This document shows, in pieces, positions 50,160 to 62,515 of a stretch of DNA of 64,000 nucleotides (position 1 is the first letter of the stretch; each line of letters starts with the position of its first letter). The stretch covers positions 6,076,001-6,140,000 of the forward strand of contig NC_090348.1 of assembly GCF_035084215.1 (NCBI RefSeq). Reading direction: 5' to 3'. Position numbers and translations under genes: made by a program. The DNA comes from Heptranchias perlo (taxonomy: Eukaryota). The notes beneath the pieces were generated by a model. That model saw nothing but the letters and a program-made list of their open reading frames with translations, had not been told where the DNA came from and ran no database searches.

Positions 50160-52070
50160 GAGAATCATAGAAAGGTTACAGCACAGAAGGAGGCCATTCA
50201 GCCCATCGAGTCCGCGTGGGCTCTATGCAAGAGCAATCCAGCTAGTCCCACTCCCCCACCCTATCTCCGTAGTCCTGCAATTTTTTTCCTTTCAAATACT
50301 TATCCAGTTCCCTTTTGAAAGCCATGATTGAATCTGCCTCCACCACCCCCTCGGACAGTGCATTCCAGATCCTAACCACTCGCTGTGTAAAAAAGTTTTC
50401 CCTCATGTCACCTTTGGCAAAAGAACCAATCACCTTAAATCTATGTCCTCTGGTTCTTGACCCTTCTGCCAATGGGAGCAGTTTCTCTCTATCTACTCTG
50501 TCCAGACCCTTCATGATTTTGAATACCTCTATCAAATCTCCTCGCAGCCGTCTCTGTTCCAAGGAGAACAACCCCATCTTCTTCAGTCTATCCACGTAAC
50601 AAAAGTCCCTCATCCCTGGAATCATTCTAGTAAATCTCTTCTGCACCCTCTCTAAGGCCTTCACATCTTTCCTAAAGTGCAGTGCCCAGAACTGGACACA
50701 ATATTCCAGTTGTGGTCGAACCAGTGTTTTATAAAGATTCATCTTGACTTCCATACTTTTGTACTCTATGCCTCTATTTATAAAGCCCAGGATCCCGTAT
50801 GCGTTTTTTAACTGCTTTCTCAACCTGCCCTGCCACCTTCAACAATTTGTGCAGATAAACCCCCAGATCTCTTTGTTCCTGTACCCCTTTTAGAGTTGTG
50901 CCCACTAGTTTATATTGCCTCTCTTTGTTTTTCCTACCAAAATGTATCACTTCGCATTTTTCTGCGTTAAATTTCATCTGCAACGTGTCAGCCCATGCCA
51001 CCAGCCTGTCTATATCCTCTTGAAGTCTATCACTATCCTCCTCGCTGTTTACTACCCTTCCCATGTTTTGTGTCACCTGCAAATTTTGAAATTGTGCCCT
51101 GTACACCCAAGTCCAAGTCATTAATATATATCAAGAAAAGCAGTGGTCCCAGCACCGACCCCGGGGGAACACCACTGTACACCTCCCTCCAGTCCGAAAA
51201 ACAACCGTTCACCACTATTCCCCATTTCCTATCCCTTAGCCAATTCTGTATCCATGTTGCTACTGCCCCTTTATTCCATGGGCTGCAATCTTCATGATAA
51301 GCCTACCGTGCGGCACTTTATCAAACGCCTTTTGAAAGTCCACATACACCACATCAACTGAAGTGCCCTCATCTACCCTCTCTGTTACCGCATCAAAAAA
51401 ATCTATCAGGTTAGTTAAACACGATTTGCCTGTAACAAATCCATGCTGCTTTCCCCAATCAATTCATACTCATCCAAGTGACTGTTAATTCTGTCCAAGA
51501 TTATCGTTTCTAAAAGTTTCCCCACCACTGAGGTTAAACAGACTGGCCTATAATTGCTGGGTTTATCCTTACACCCTTTTTTGAACAAGGGTGTAACATT
51601 TGCAATTCTCCAGTCCTCTGGCACCACCCCCGTATCTATGGATGTTTGGAAGACTATGGCCAGCACCTCTGCAATTTCCACCCTTACTTCCCTCAGCAAC
51701 CAAGGATGCATCCCATCCGGACTGGGTGACTTATCTACTTTAAGTACAGCCAGCCTTTCTAGTGCCTCTTCTTTATCAATTTTTAGCCCATCCAGTATCT
51801 CAACTACATCTTCCTTTTTTGTAAAGAAAGAGACTCTGGCAGCATCTTCTTCCTTTGTATAGGCAGATGCAAAGTACTCATTTAGTACCTCAGCCATCCC
51901 CTCTGCCTTCATGAGTAGATCTCCTTTATGGTCCCTAATCGGCCCATCCCTCCTCTTACTACCCGTTTACTGTTTATATGCCTGTAGAAGACTTTTGGAT
52001 TCCCTTTTCATGTTGGCCGCCAGTCTATTCTCATATACTTTCTTTGCCCTTGCTATTTTCTTTTTCACTT
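50160..52070 (-). mobile_element. 5'-truncated CR1 LINE
   Basis: ORFs 51415..51912, 50774..51121 and 50242..50823 carry CR1 RT and C-terminal motifs. Confidence 0.92.
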
Positions 52071-52072
52071 CC

Positions 52073-55000
52073 ATAGAATCATAGCATGGTTATAGCACAG
52101 AAGGAGGTCATTCGGCCCATTGAGCCTGTGCCGGCTCTTTGTAACAGCAATCCAGTTAGTCCTGATCCCCTGCTCTTTCCCCATAGCCCTGCAATTTATT
52201 TCCCTTCAAGTATTTATCCAATTCCTTTTTGAAAGCCACGATTGAATCTGCTTCCACCACCCGTTCAGGCAGCGCATTCCAGATCATAACGACTCACTGC
52301 GTAAAAAAGTTTTTCCTTGGTTTTTTTGCCAATTACCTTGAATCTGTGTTCTCTGGTTCTCGACCCTTCTGCCAATGGGAACAGTTTCTCTTTATTTACT
52401 TTATCTAAACCCTTCATGATTTTGAACACTTCTATCAAATCTCCTCTCAACCTTCTCTGCTCTGAGAACAACCCCAGCTTCTCCAGTCTATCTACATAAC
52501 TGAAGTCCCTCATCCCTGGAACTATTCTAGTAAATCTTTTCTGCACCCTCTCTAAGGCCTTCACATCCTTCCTAAAGAATTAGGACACAATGCTGCAGTT
52601 TTGGCCAAACCAGTGTTTTATAAAGGTTCAACATAACTTCCTTGCTTTTATACTCTATGCCTCTATTTCTAAAGCCCAGAATCCTGTATGCCTTTTCAAC
52701 CTGTTCTGCCACTTACAAAGATTTGTGCACATATACCCTCAGGTCTCTGTTCCTGCACCCCCTTTAGAATTGTACCATTTAGTTTATATTGTCTCGCCTC
52801 ATTTTTCCTGCCAAAAGGTATCACTTCGCACTTCTCTGAGTTAAATTTCATCTGCCATGTGTCTGTCCATTCCACCAATGTCCTCTTGAAGTCTATCTCT
52901 ATCCTCCTCACTGTTTATTACACTTCCAAGTTTTGTGTCATCTGCAAATTTTGAAATTGTTCCTTGTACACCCAAGTCCAAGTCATTAATATATATCAAA
53001 AAAAGCAATGGTCCCAGCACCGACCCCTGGGAAACACCACTGTATATCTTCCTCCAGTCCAAAAAAACAACCATTCACCACTACTCTCTGTTTCCTGTCA
53101 TTTATCCAATTTTGTATCTATGCTGCTACTGCCCCTTTTATTCCATGGGCTTCAATTTTGCTGACAAGCCTATTATGTGGCACTTTGTCAAACACTTTTT
53201 GAAAGTCCATATACACCACATCAGCCACATTGCCCTCATCAACCCTCTCTGTTACCTCATCAAAAAACTCAATCAAGTTAGTTATACACGATTTGCCTTT
53301 AACAAATCCGTGCTGGCTTTCCTCAGTTAATCCACACTTGCCCAAGTGACTATTAATTTTGTTCTGGATTATCATTTCTAAAAATTTCCCCACCACCGAG
53401 GTTAAACTGACTGGCCTGTAGTTGCTGGGTTTATCCTTACACCCTTTTTTGAACAGGGGTGTAACATTTGCAATTCTCCAGTCCTCTGGCACCACCCCCA
53501 TATCTAAGGAGGATTGGAAGATTATGGCCAGAGCCTCTGCAATTTCCATCCTTACTTCCCTCAGTAACCTAGGATGCATCCCATCGGACCGGGTGACTTA
53601 TCTACTTTAAGTACAGTCAGCCTTTCTCTTTATCGATTTTTTAGCCCATCCAGTATCTCAACTATATCTTCCTTTACTGAGACTGTGGCAGCATCTTCTT
53701 CCTTGTTAAAGACAGATGCAATGTACTCATTTAGTACCTCAGCCAGGCCCTTTGCCTCCATGCGTAGATCTCCTTTTTGGTCCCTAATCGGCCCCACCCC
53801 TTCTCTTACTACTCATTTACTATTTATATGCCTATTGAAGACTTTTGGATTCCCTTTTATATTGGCCACCAGTCTATTCTCTTACTCTCGCTTTGCCCCT
53901 CTTATTTCTTTTTTCATTCTCCTCTGTACTTTCTATATCCAGCCTGGTTCTCACTTGTATTATCAACTTGACATCTGTCATACGCCCCCTTTTTCTGCTT
54001 CATCTTATTCTCTATCTCTTTCATCATCCAGGGAGCTCTGGTTTTAGTTGCCCTACCTTTCCCCCTTGTGGGAATGTACATAGACAGTACCCGAACCATC
54101 TCCTCTTTAAAGACCGCCCATTGTTCGATTACAGTTTTGCCTGCCGATCTTTGCTTCCAATTTATCCGGGCCAGACCCGTTCTCAACTTACTGAAATTGG
54201 CCCTCCTCCTTTAAGTATTTTTACTCTAGATTGCTCCTTGTCCTTTTCTATAACTAATCTAAACCTTATGATACTACGATCACTGTTCCCTAAATGTTCC
54301 CCCACTGACACTTGCTCCACTTGGCCCACCTCATTCCCCAGGACTTGATCTAACAATGCGTCCTTCCTCGTTGGGCCGGAAATATACTAATCAAGAAAGT
54401 TCTCCTGAACACACTTCAGAAATTCCTCCCCCTCTTTTCCCTTTACACTATTACTGTCCCAGTCTATATTAGGGTAGTTGAAGTCCCCCATTATCACTAT
54501 TCTATAGTTCTTGCACCTCTCTGTAATTTCCCTGCAAATTTGCTCCTCTATATCCTTCCACTAGTTGGTGGCCTATAGAATTCACCCAGTAGTGTAATGG
54601 CGCCTCTATTGTTTCTTAACTCTAACCAAATAGATTCTGTCCTTCACCCCTCAAGTACATCCTCTCTCTCCAGCACTGCAATATTCTCCTTGATCAATAC
54701 TGCCACCCCCCCTCCTTCTTTCCCTTCCCTATCTTTCTGAACACTGTGTATCCAAGAATATTTAATACCCAATCCTGTCCTTTTTTGAGCCAGGTCTGTT
54801 ATCACCACAACATCATATTCCCATGTGGCTATTTGCCCCTGCAGCTCACCAACATTATTTACCACACTTTGTGCGTTTACACACATGCACTCTAAACCAG
54901 TCTTAGACCTTCTCGTATTCTCTGTCTGTCTGATCCCACCTAATACTGTACTATTTCTTACTCCAGTGCTATCTGTCTCTCCCAATTCTTTGTGCACCTT

Positions 55001-55545
55001 GTATCTCCTTTCTAATGCTACATCCTGGTGCCCACTCCCCTGCCAAATTAGTTTAAACGCCCCCCACGGCACTAGTGAGCCTCCCGGCGAGGACATTGGT
55101 CCCAGCTCGGTTGAGGTACAACAAGTCCGTCTTGAACAGGTCCCTCCTGTCCTAGATCTGGTCCCAATGCCCCAAGAATCTGAAGCCCTCCCTCCTGCAT
55201 CATGCCTCTAGCCACACATTAACCTGTCTCATCCTACTATTCCTACACTCACTGGCGCATGGCACTGGGAGTAATCCAGAGATTACTACTTTTGAGGTCC
55301 TGCTTTTTAACTTCCTCCCTAGCTCCTGAAACTCTAACTGCAGGACCTCAACCCTTTTCTTTCCTATATCTTGATTCCCACATGGACCTCGACATCTGGC
55401 TGTTCCCCCCCCCCCCCCACAGAATGTTCTGCGCTCTCTCCGTGATGTCCTTTACCCTGGCACCAGGGAGGTAACACACCATGCGGGACTCACATTGGCG
55501 GTTACAGAAACACCTGTCTGTCCCCCTGACTATCGAATCCCCTGT
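52073..55545 (-). mobile_element. Long CR1 LINE (part of ORF1 esterase, APE, RT, tail), directly abutting the previous copy
   Basis: LECMCVNAQSV...YDVVVIT and GGGVAVLIKE (APE); RT ORFs 53118..53579 and 52841..53074; tail at ~52075. Confidence 0.92.
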
Positions 55546-55643
55546 TTATAACTGTAAGCTTCTCACTGATTGGATAAATCATCTCCAAGTAGAGTAATTT
55601 AAAACACCATCTATGCAGCATTTGCCTGATATGCGGTCCTTAC

Positions 55644-55916
55644 CTTGTATTGGTCTATTGGGCCATAAAAAGCAAGCGGTGGTACAGGGTAATAAAATAT
55701 CTTTCCTGCTCTGGCGATTGCGTCTGGAATTCCCCGATAGATCCTCACCTCCCCCGGGAGGAAAGTGGTGCTGGCCGAGTACGGCTGGTTGGTAACAGGG
55801 GTAGGGTCAGACAGTGCGATGAAGAAGCCCGTTGCCCCCGCCAACACCAACAACAAAGGCAGGTAGCTGAGCGCACCACTCCGCAGCCTGCCCCAGGCTC
55901 TGGCGGGGCTCGCCAT
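55644..55916 (-). CDS. Dystroglycan-like gene, coding exon 1: signal peptide plus start of Ig/cadherin-like domain (MASPARAWG...GIPDAIARAGKIFYYPVPPLAFYGPIDQYK)
   Basis: ATG in strong Kozak context (acgATGG); hydrophobic LPLLLVLAGATG; GIPD..A..G..F...P resembles DAG1 GIPDGTAVVGRSFRVTIP; AAG|gtaagg donor, phase 0. An upstream in-frame ATG at 55964 is also possible. Confidence 0.85.
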
Positions 55917-57254
55917 CGTTCCGCACAGAACGATCCAAACGTTGGCTTCGCAACAAGATCGCATGCGTTAGCTGTAATATTCGGATGTTGTCACTCCCAT
56001 TGCTCTTTAGATGTACACTTCAAACCGCTGCAGGGGAAAGGCTGCAATTAACAGTAGGACTGGTGAATAAAGGGTCCAGTAAATGTTCCTGGGCTGTGTC
56101 AGAGGTTATAGCTATCACATTAAAGGCAGTCATTTTCATCTGCACTGTAAAATATCCCAGACTCTGTCTCATAGTCCCACCTGATATGCTGCTATAATTA
56201 ACATAAATACAGGAAAACAACCAAAATCCCCAGGTGAACCGTTGTATCAATGTCCTCGGGTCTTTCTGTTTCCGGCTGAGGGTTTCAATGAAGCTCCGGT
56301 CCCTGTCTCTTGGATACCAAGAGCTCTGAGGACTCCCAAGGGGGGACTGTGACATACGACCCTGCAGGTAGACAGGGTTAAATGAAGTGCACTAAGGGTT
56401 TTCTAAGGGGGAAATCCCGGATATTTGCTGTTAATTGTTACTAACACGAATGGAGAACTGAGGAAAAAAATATTCTCAATTCAGGATTCATGAGATTGAT
56501 ATTCTGCATCAAACATTCCCAGTTCCCCATCAGGAAGCCCTTATTATATACGAGTGACGTTTACACCTGTTTCACTTCAGTGAGGACATTTAATGACATG
56601 ACTTGGTACTTTCTGAAATTCCACTCTCTCATGAATCCCAAAAATTACTCCACCACCTTTTAATTGTGACACGAATTATTAAGCTGTTTCCTTTTCTAAT
56701 TTCCAATTTATGGAAAAATAAAACTAAATTAAAAAATAGCTTCTTTTTCTGGCTGGGTGGTGTGCTGAATGAGCTTGTATGAGAGAGAGAGAGAGAGAAT
56801 ATCATTTAGTGCTTCTCTCTGAGTGAATAATATTGATTTTTATTTTTGTCATTGTATTCCATTCATGAGTAAGGCAAATAACAACTGTGAAAGTCTGAGG
56901 AGTCATAGATTAAAACTGCATTATTTATATATTAGTAGTGCTGTCCAAAATGTTTAGCCTATAGCCACATGTGGCCAGTTGAGAATCCAGATGTGACTAA
57001 TTGCATTTCTGATTAGTAAATAAAAAAATGAGTAAGTCACCCTTGGGCCTGTTATCTCAATACTCATATTCGCACAGTGTATATTCGTGAACTTTAACGT
57101 TTCTGTGCATTTGTTGGTAAAACGAAAAGCAGAGTGTGCGAGTGTTTTTTGGATCGTTGCGAGTGCTTTACTCCCTTGGTTACTGAATGGTGGGGGACGT
57201 TTGTTAAGTAAATATACACGTGTGAAGTACATTTACCTGTATGAGTGTGTGTAA

Positions 57255-57695
57255 GGCATTAGCCCCTTATCATATCCTCAGGATATCTCAAAGTGCTTCA
57301 CAGTCAACAGATTGCTTTTGAAGTGCAGGCATTGTTGCTATGTGGGCAAAGGCAGCCACTGATTTCTTTTTTTTATGCAGACAGCAAGATCCCACAAACA
57401 GCATTTGAATCAATGAGCGGGTAATCTGTTCTTGGCGGTGTTGGATGTGGGAGGAATGTTGACCAGGACTCAGGAGAACTCCCCCCGGTTTTCTTCGAAT
57501 ATGGTCATGAAATCCTTGACGTCCTCCTGAGAATGGCAGGCACCTCGGTTTATCGTCTCGTCTGAAAAGACAGCAGCTTCAGCAATGCAGCACTGACCTG
57601 TCGACCAAGATTATGTACTCAAGTCAACTGTGGTACTCGAACCCATGGCCATCTGACTTAGAACTGAGAGTACTACCAACTGAGCCAAGCTGACC
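57255..57695 (-). mobile_element. Diverged DeuSINE
   Basis: Reverse-complement tail aaagtgcttcaca...ttttgaagtg, Deu-like core, and head ccaactgagcca. Confidence 0.6.
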
Positions 57696-57704
57696 CTTTA
57701 AGAA

Positions 57705-58040
57705 GTGTCCAAATCTGGGCACCACACTTTAGGGAGGATGTCAAGGCCTTAGAGAGGGTGCAGAGGTGATTTACCAGAATAGTATCAGGGATGAGGGCCT
57801 TCAGTTACATGGAGAGACTAGAGAAGCAGGGATTATTCTCCTTAGAGCAGAGAAGGTTAAGGGGAGATTTGATAGAAGTGTTCAAAATCATGAAGGGTTT
57901 AGATAAAGTAAAAGGAAAAGTTTGCAGGGCTATGGGGAAAGAGCAGAGGAGTGGGACTAATTGGATAGTTCTTTCAAAGAGCCGGCACAGGCATGATGGG
58001 CTGAATGGCCTCCTTCCGTGCTGTATGATTCTATGATTCT
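57705..58040 (+). mobile_element. Internally deleted CR1 3' fragment
   Basis: FSYMERLEKQGLFSLEQRRLRGDLIEVFKIMKG, tail tatgattctatgattct. Confidence 0.8.
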
Positions 58041-59694
58041 CCAGCCGAATCTCTGATGTTCTCACTTTAACACGTCTAAACAATTATCATCTTGGTAAAT
58101 ACAAAAAAAATCTAACCCTCTCTGGCAGTTTCGGTAATCAGGTACCTGAACCAGCTCTGTGGTACACCAGGGCACTATGAATAACTGGTCTGGCTCACTA
58201 ATGGAACTTTGTGGCTGGGATTCTTCCCACTCAGATCCCTGCAGGCAAAACCCTAATGGGGAGAATAGTCCTACCTGGACAGGAAGCAAAGTGTTTACCA
58301 GTGCTCTATGCTGGTAAGATGCAAGGTTTTAGCTGGTTAAACTCCAGCAGTAACCAGTCACCTGCTTTGCGTTCCCTAAGCTAAGCTCTCTGAACTTGGG
58401 CAAATGGGATGTGCTCCTATGGGGCAGAGGACGTGCATTCCATATCGAGCAACAGAAATTCTACTTCAAAATGGCTGTAAAACGCTTTGGGCCGTCCTGA
58501 GGTCACGAAAGGCACCATAGAAATGCAAGTTCTTTCTTCTTTCTATGTCAGACATTCAGCTTTTCAAAAAAAAATCCCTTCATCCTTGAGGGAGGAGTGA
58601 AGCTAACATTTACTGACTCTCTCTCTGGCAACTTATTCATAGGAATTATAAATGCAAACCTAAATACAACCATTTTGTGATGTTACAGAGCAGACCAGTA
58701 TTGTACACTGTAAGATCAATGTATTGTATGGTAGCAGTACTGAGGGAGTGCTGCACTGTCAGAGGTGTCATCTTTTGGATGAGACGTTAAAGTGAGGCTC
58801 CCTCTGCCCTGTCAGGTGGATGTAAAATATCCCAATAGGCCAACACGTATGTGCAAAAGTTTACGTAAAAACTGAATGCACGGTTTAAGGTCCAGCTCCA
58901 CATATACTGTTTGTTCCGTCACACTAATGACTTGTCTTTAAAGATTTTATATTAATTTTCCATAAGCTTTTACAAATTGCACCATTAACACTAACTGCAC
59001 CAGTCATATATCAAATTTTAATAAGGTTACTCTTCCCATCTGTGGAGAAAGAAACAGAGTTAACGTTTCAGGTCAAAGACCTTTCGTCAGAATCAAAGTT
59101 TCCTGTTAGCCTGTAACTTAATAATTATATAACCATTTTACATTCAAATTGTTGTATATGAAGAATAGTAATTGTAATTTCAACACATATATATGTATAG
59201 TACAGTCCCCACCACTTAAAATGTCCAGATTTAAAACGGGCAGTCACTTATATCAGCCACAAAGCGAAAACCATTAACCACTTACATTAACGTCAATTTC
59301 AAGTTGCCGGTTATAGCGTCTTAAGCCCTCCGTTTATTTTGTCCAGAAACAGCTGTGTTCACTCACCAGATCGAACCTTGTTTACTGCACTGAAAGCAAC
59401 ACCAATCAGAAGTATCTGTAAATAGCACATCTTTAAAGTGCCTCTTGCTTCAAAAGCCACAGTAGAGCACTAGTAGAGTACTGTCAAGGTGCTGCCCCGT
59501 TATATCGGCCATCGCACAAACGAGCCCACTATAAACAGCCGGAACTGTATTTAAATTTAAGGGTTAGCAAGGAGCTGATTGTCCTGTTGCCGCTTTACAG
59601 ACATTGAAAATCCAAGGGCCAGTTGGTACACCAGCGAGTGTGTACATGGGCGTGCAAAATGCGTGGTCAGAAAGCAATGTGGAGCCGCAGTATA

Positions 59695-60095
59695 TCATAG
59701 AATCATAGAAGTTACAACATGGAAACAGGCCCTTCGGCCCAACATGTCCATGTCGCCCAGTTTATACCACTAAGCTAGTCCCAGTTGCCTGCACTTGGCC
59801 CATATCCCTCTATACCCATCTTACCCATGTAACTGTCCAAATGCTTTTTAAAAGACAAAATTGTACCCGCCTCTACTACTGCCTCTGGCAGCTCGTTCCA
59901 GACACTCACCACCCTTTGAGTGAAAAAATTGCCCCTCTGGACCCTTTTGTATCTCTCCCCTCTCACCTTAAATCTATGTCCTCTCGTTATAGACTCCCCT
60001 ACCTTTGGGAAAAGATTTTGACTAACTACCTTATCTATGCCCCTCATTATTTTATAGACTTCTATAAGATCACCCCTAAACCTCCTACTCTCCAG
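59695..60095 (-). mobile_element. Young CR1 3' fragment
   Basis: Near-identical to 14690-15068 and 47510-47945. Confidence 0.9.
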
Positions 60096-60764
60096 ATATC
60101 TCCAGATCACCTGCTCTAAAACAGGGGCTGGTGTCAGACCAGTTACTGCAGGGTGAGAGTCTGTTGGGAAGCACGTACTCAGTGGGCCAGTTGATGGTGA
60201 ACTCACAATGTGTGAACCCTTGGGTCACCGTTCTACTGTGCGATATATCTATTCCTGTTTTGAGTATCTCAATATTAGTATTGTTGCTACGTTTTACTGA
60301 GATTTGCTGTGGGTTCCCCAATTTCTAAAGTCTGTTCTCGAGTCTGTAAACTGGAATATTCCTGCTAATTACCAGTGCTGCTTCTATTATGGGAACATTA
60401 ATCACTTATCTTTTTAATATAGTGTTGAGTTGAGGAAGTATTGCACATATGAATGATAAAAGTACAATATTATCCTAAAAAATTTGAAGATATCATTAAA
60501 CTTTTACCACAATGTGCTGAGGAGGAAGAGTATGAACTTTTTTTTACAGTATGGGACTGCTGCAGATATCACCTGGAAAAGTGAAGGATCTACCAACAAA
60601 TTAACATCACCAAATATTGTGAAGGAGTAAACACTTAAAAGGGAAATAATCTCATACCGTAGATGCGGAGTTCAGCAGCTTTCCCCTCCAGTGGCAGGGA
60701 GGCTGAGCAAGAGCTGATTAGTTTTGATCACCAGCTGTCGTAAGGCCGCAACTGGACAGAAACT

Positions 60765-61230
60765 TACCAACATATGAATAATGACAGATCTGAAAAGACC
60801 CTCTGGACCATCAGCCTGTCCCACACAAATGCAACGCCTTGTGTATCACAATAAATACACTCCCCCAACCCCTCCGCCCCTCTCCGAGACATGTAATCCC
60901 CAGGGAGCAGAGGCGAAAAAAAAGATAACAACCCTGGCCAATTTGGGGAAAGAAATCTGGGAAATTCCTCTCCAACCCCCCTGAGGTGATCAAAAGTAGT
61001 CCAGGAGATCACTCTGGCCCTGATCAATGTTGTACATCACCTACCCTTTTGTACGAGGAGATCTCCGCCCCAGCCATAAACAGGTCCAGCTCTCGCTTGA
61101 AGGAATTCAGCGAATCGGCGTCCACCGTACGAGCCTGCAGCGTGTTCTACAGGCCCACTATTCCCTGGGAAAAGAACCACCTCCCGACATCTAACCTCGA
61201 TCTGGCCTCACATCACTTGAGATTGTGACC
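60765..61230 (-). mobile_element. 3' end of a further CR1-group LINE family
   Basis: Reverse strand reads RLDVGRWFFSQGIV...DADSLNSFKRELD; 3' UTR resembles 9250-9470. Confidence 0.65.
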
Positions 61231-61404
61231 CCTGACTTGCTCAGAAAATCTCATGTCCGAGCTTACAAAAAAACCCCAATGTCTTGATCACTTTTGTTAC
61301 TCCCCTACAAAGACCAACTTTAAACCCTGACTTTTACATATTGTATTGGAAAAAGAATTCAGTGGACATCAGTGCTGCCAGAATAACTCTCCATCTGAAT
61401 GTGA

Positions 61405-62515
61405 GCCCTGGCCCAGTGATAGCACTCGTTCTTCTGAATTGGAGGGTTGTGCGTTCAAGCCTTATTGCAGGGACTTCTGCACTTCAGTACAGTGCTGATG
61501 GAGGTGCCATCTTTGATATAAGATGTTAAACTGAGGCCCTGTCTGCCTGTTCCGGTGGATGTAAAAGATCCCATGGCACTATTTGAAAAGGGTTGTGCTG
61601 ACTAACATTTATGAATCAACACAACCAAAAACAGATTGGCCCAGAATTTGCAGGAGCGGGGCATCTCACGGTGAGTGCTGTGATTTGGGGTTTTTTCCTC
61701 ACTCTTCAGCTCCAATTATTTTTGCGCCACAAATTGCTGGAAGTGCGAGCTGATAACGGGGGCAACAGGGCACCTGTTAACATGGTGAACGATGGGACTA
61801 ATAGTCTATCTCCTTAACCGACTAAATTTAAGGATAGAGAAAGCAACAGAGCAAATGATGGAGAAGGAAATAGGATGAATTAGATAAAGAAAGAGAAATA
61901 AAGAGAGGGAAAAGAAAAGATTCGATTAAGAGAGAAAAAAGAGAGACAGAAGGGAAAAGTAAGACAATTTACTACCTGCAGGAATGAGACTCCACAGTTT
62001 CAATTGTTCCCTTTCTGGGCCTCCACGGTTGAATGGCATTGCAGGAACATAAATCACCCCATTAACAGAGTCCTTACGCCATGAAATACCAGCCCTAATT
62101 TTCTGCGGAGAATTTAATTCGTACTTAGGCTCAAATCCGTCAATTACTTGACACAGGGAGGTTGACGACGAGCTCTGGTTTTTGCGAGGCTAACGGAGGA
62201 ATGGCGCAAATCGTCCAGAAATTTGTGACGATACGCAACTCATGGTGTATCTCTTCCTCGCCAAAAATTGTTGTTTTTTTTACACACTAATAACAGCGAG
62301 CACCATGAACTCGCCATAATTTTTCCAGCAGATTCTGGGCCGTTAACTGGTAAGTTCTCTCATTGGAGTTTGTGGGACCTTGCTGTGCGCAAGCTGACTG
62401 CTGTGTTTGTCTCCATAGCAACAGTGACAACACTTCAAAAGAAATTCAATGGCTGTGAATCACTTTGGGACATCGTGAGGAGATGAAAGGTGTTATATAA
62501 ATGCAAGTTCATTCT
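61405..62515 (+). mobile_element. DeuSINE split by a 704-bp MITE (61638-62341) with terminal inverted repeats
   Basis: TIRs ggcccagaatttgc / gcagattctgggcc; SINE continues on both sides. Confidence 0.8.

Noticed and set aside
27589-55916. Calling the gene DAG1 itself
   Set aside because: Length (~1751 aa), five coding exons, low similarity, missing RKKRK and INTS13 linkage are inconsistent with the highly conserved DAG1 orthologue, so the gene symbol was left empty.
55965-56800. Promoter or 5' non-coding exon of the dystroglycan-like gene; ORF 56020..56355
   Set aside because: Possible acceptors and a (GA)n tract are present, but nothing is diagnostic; the TSS cannot be placed without transcript data.
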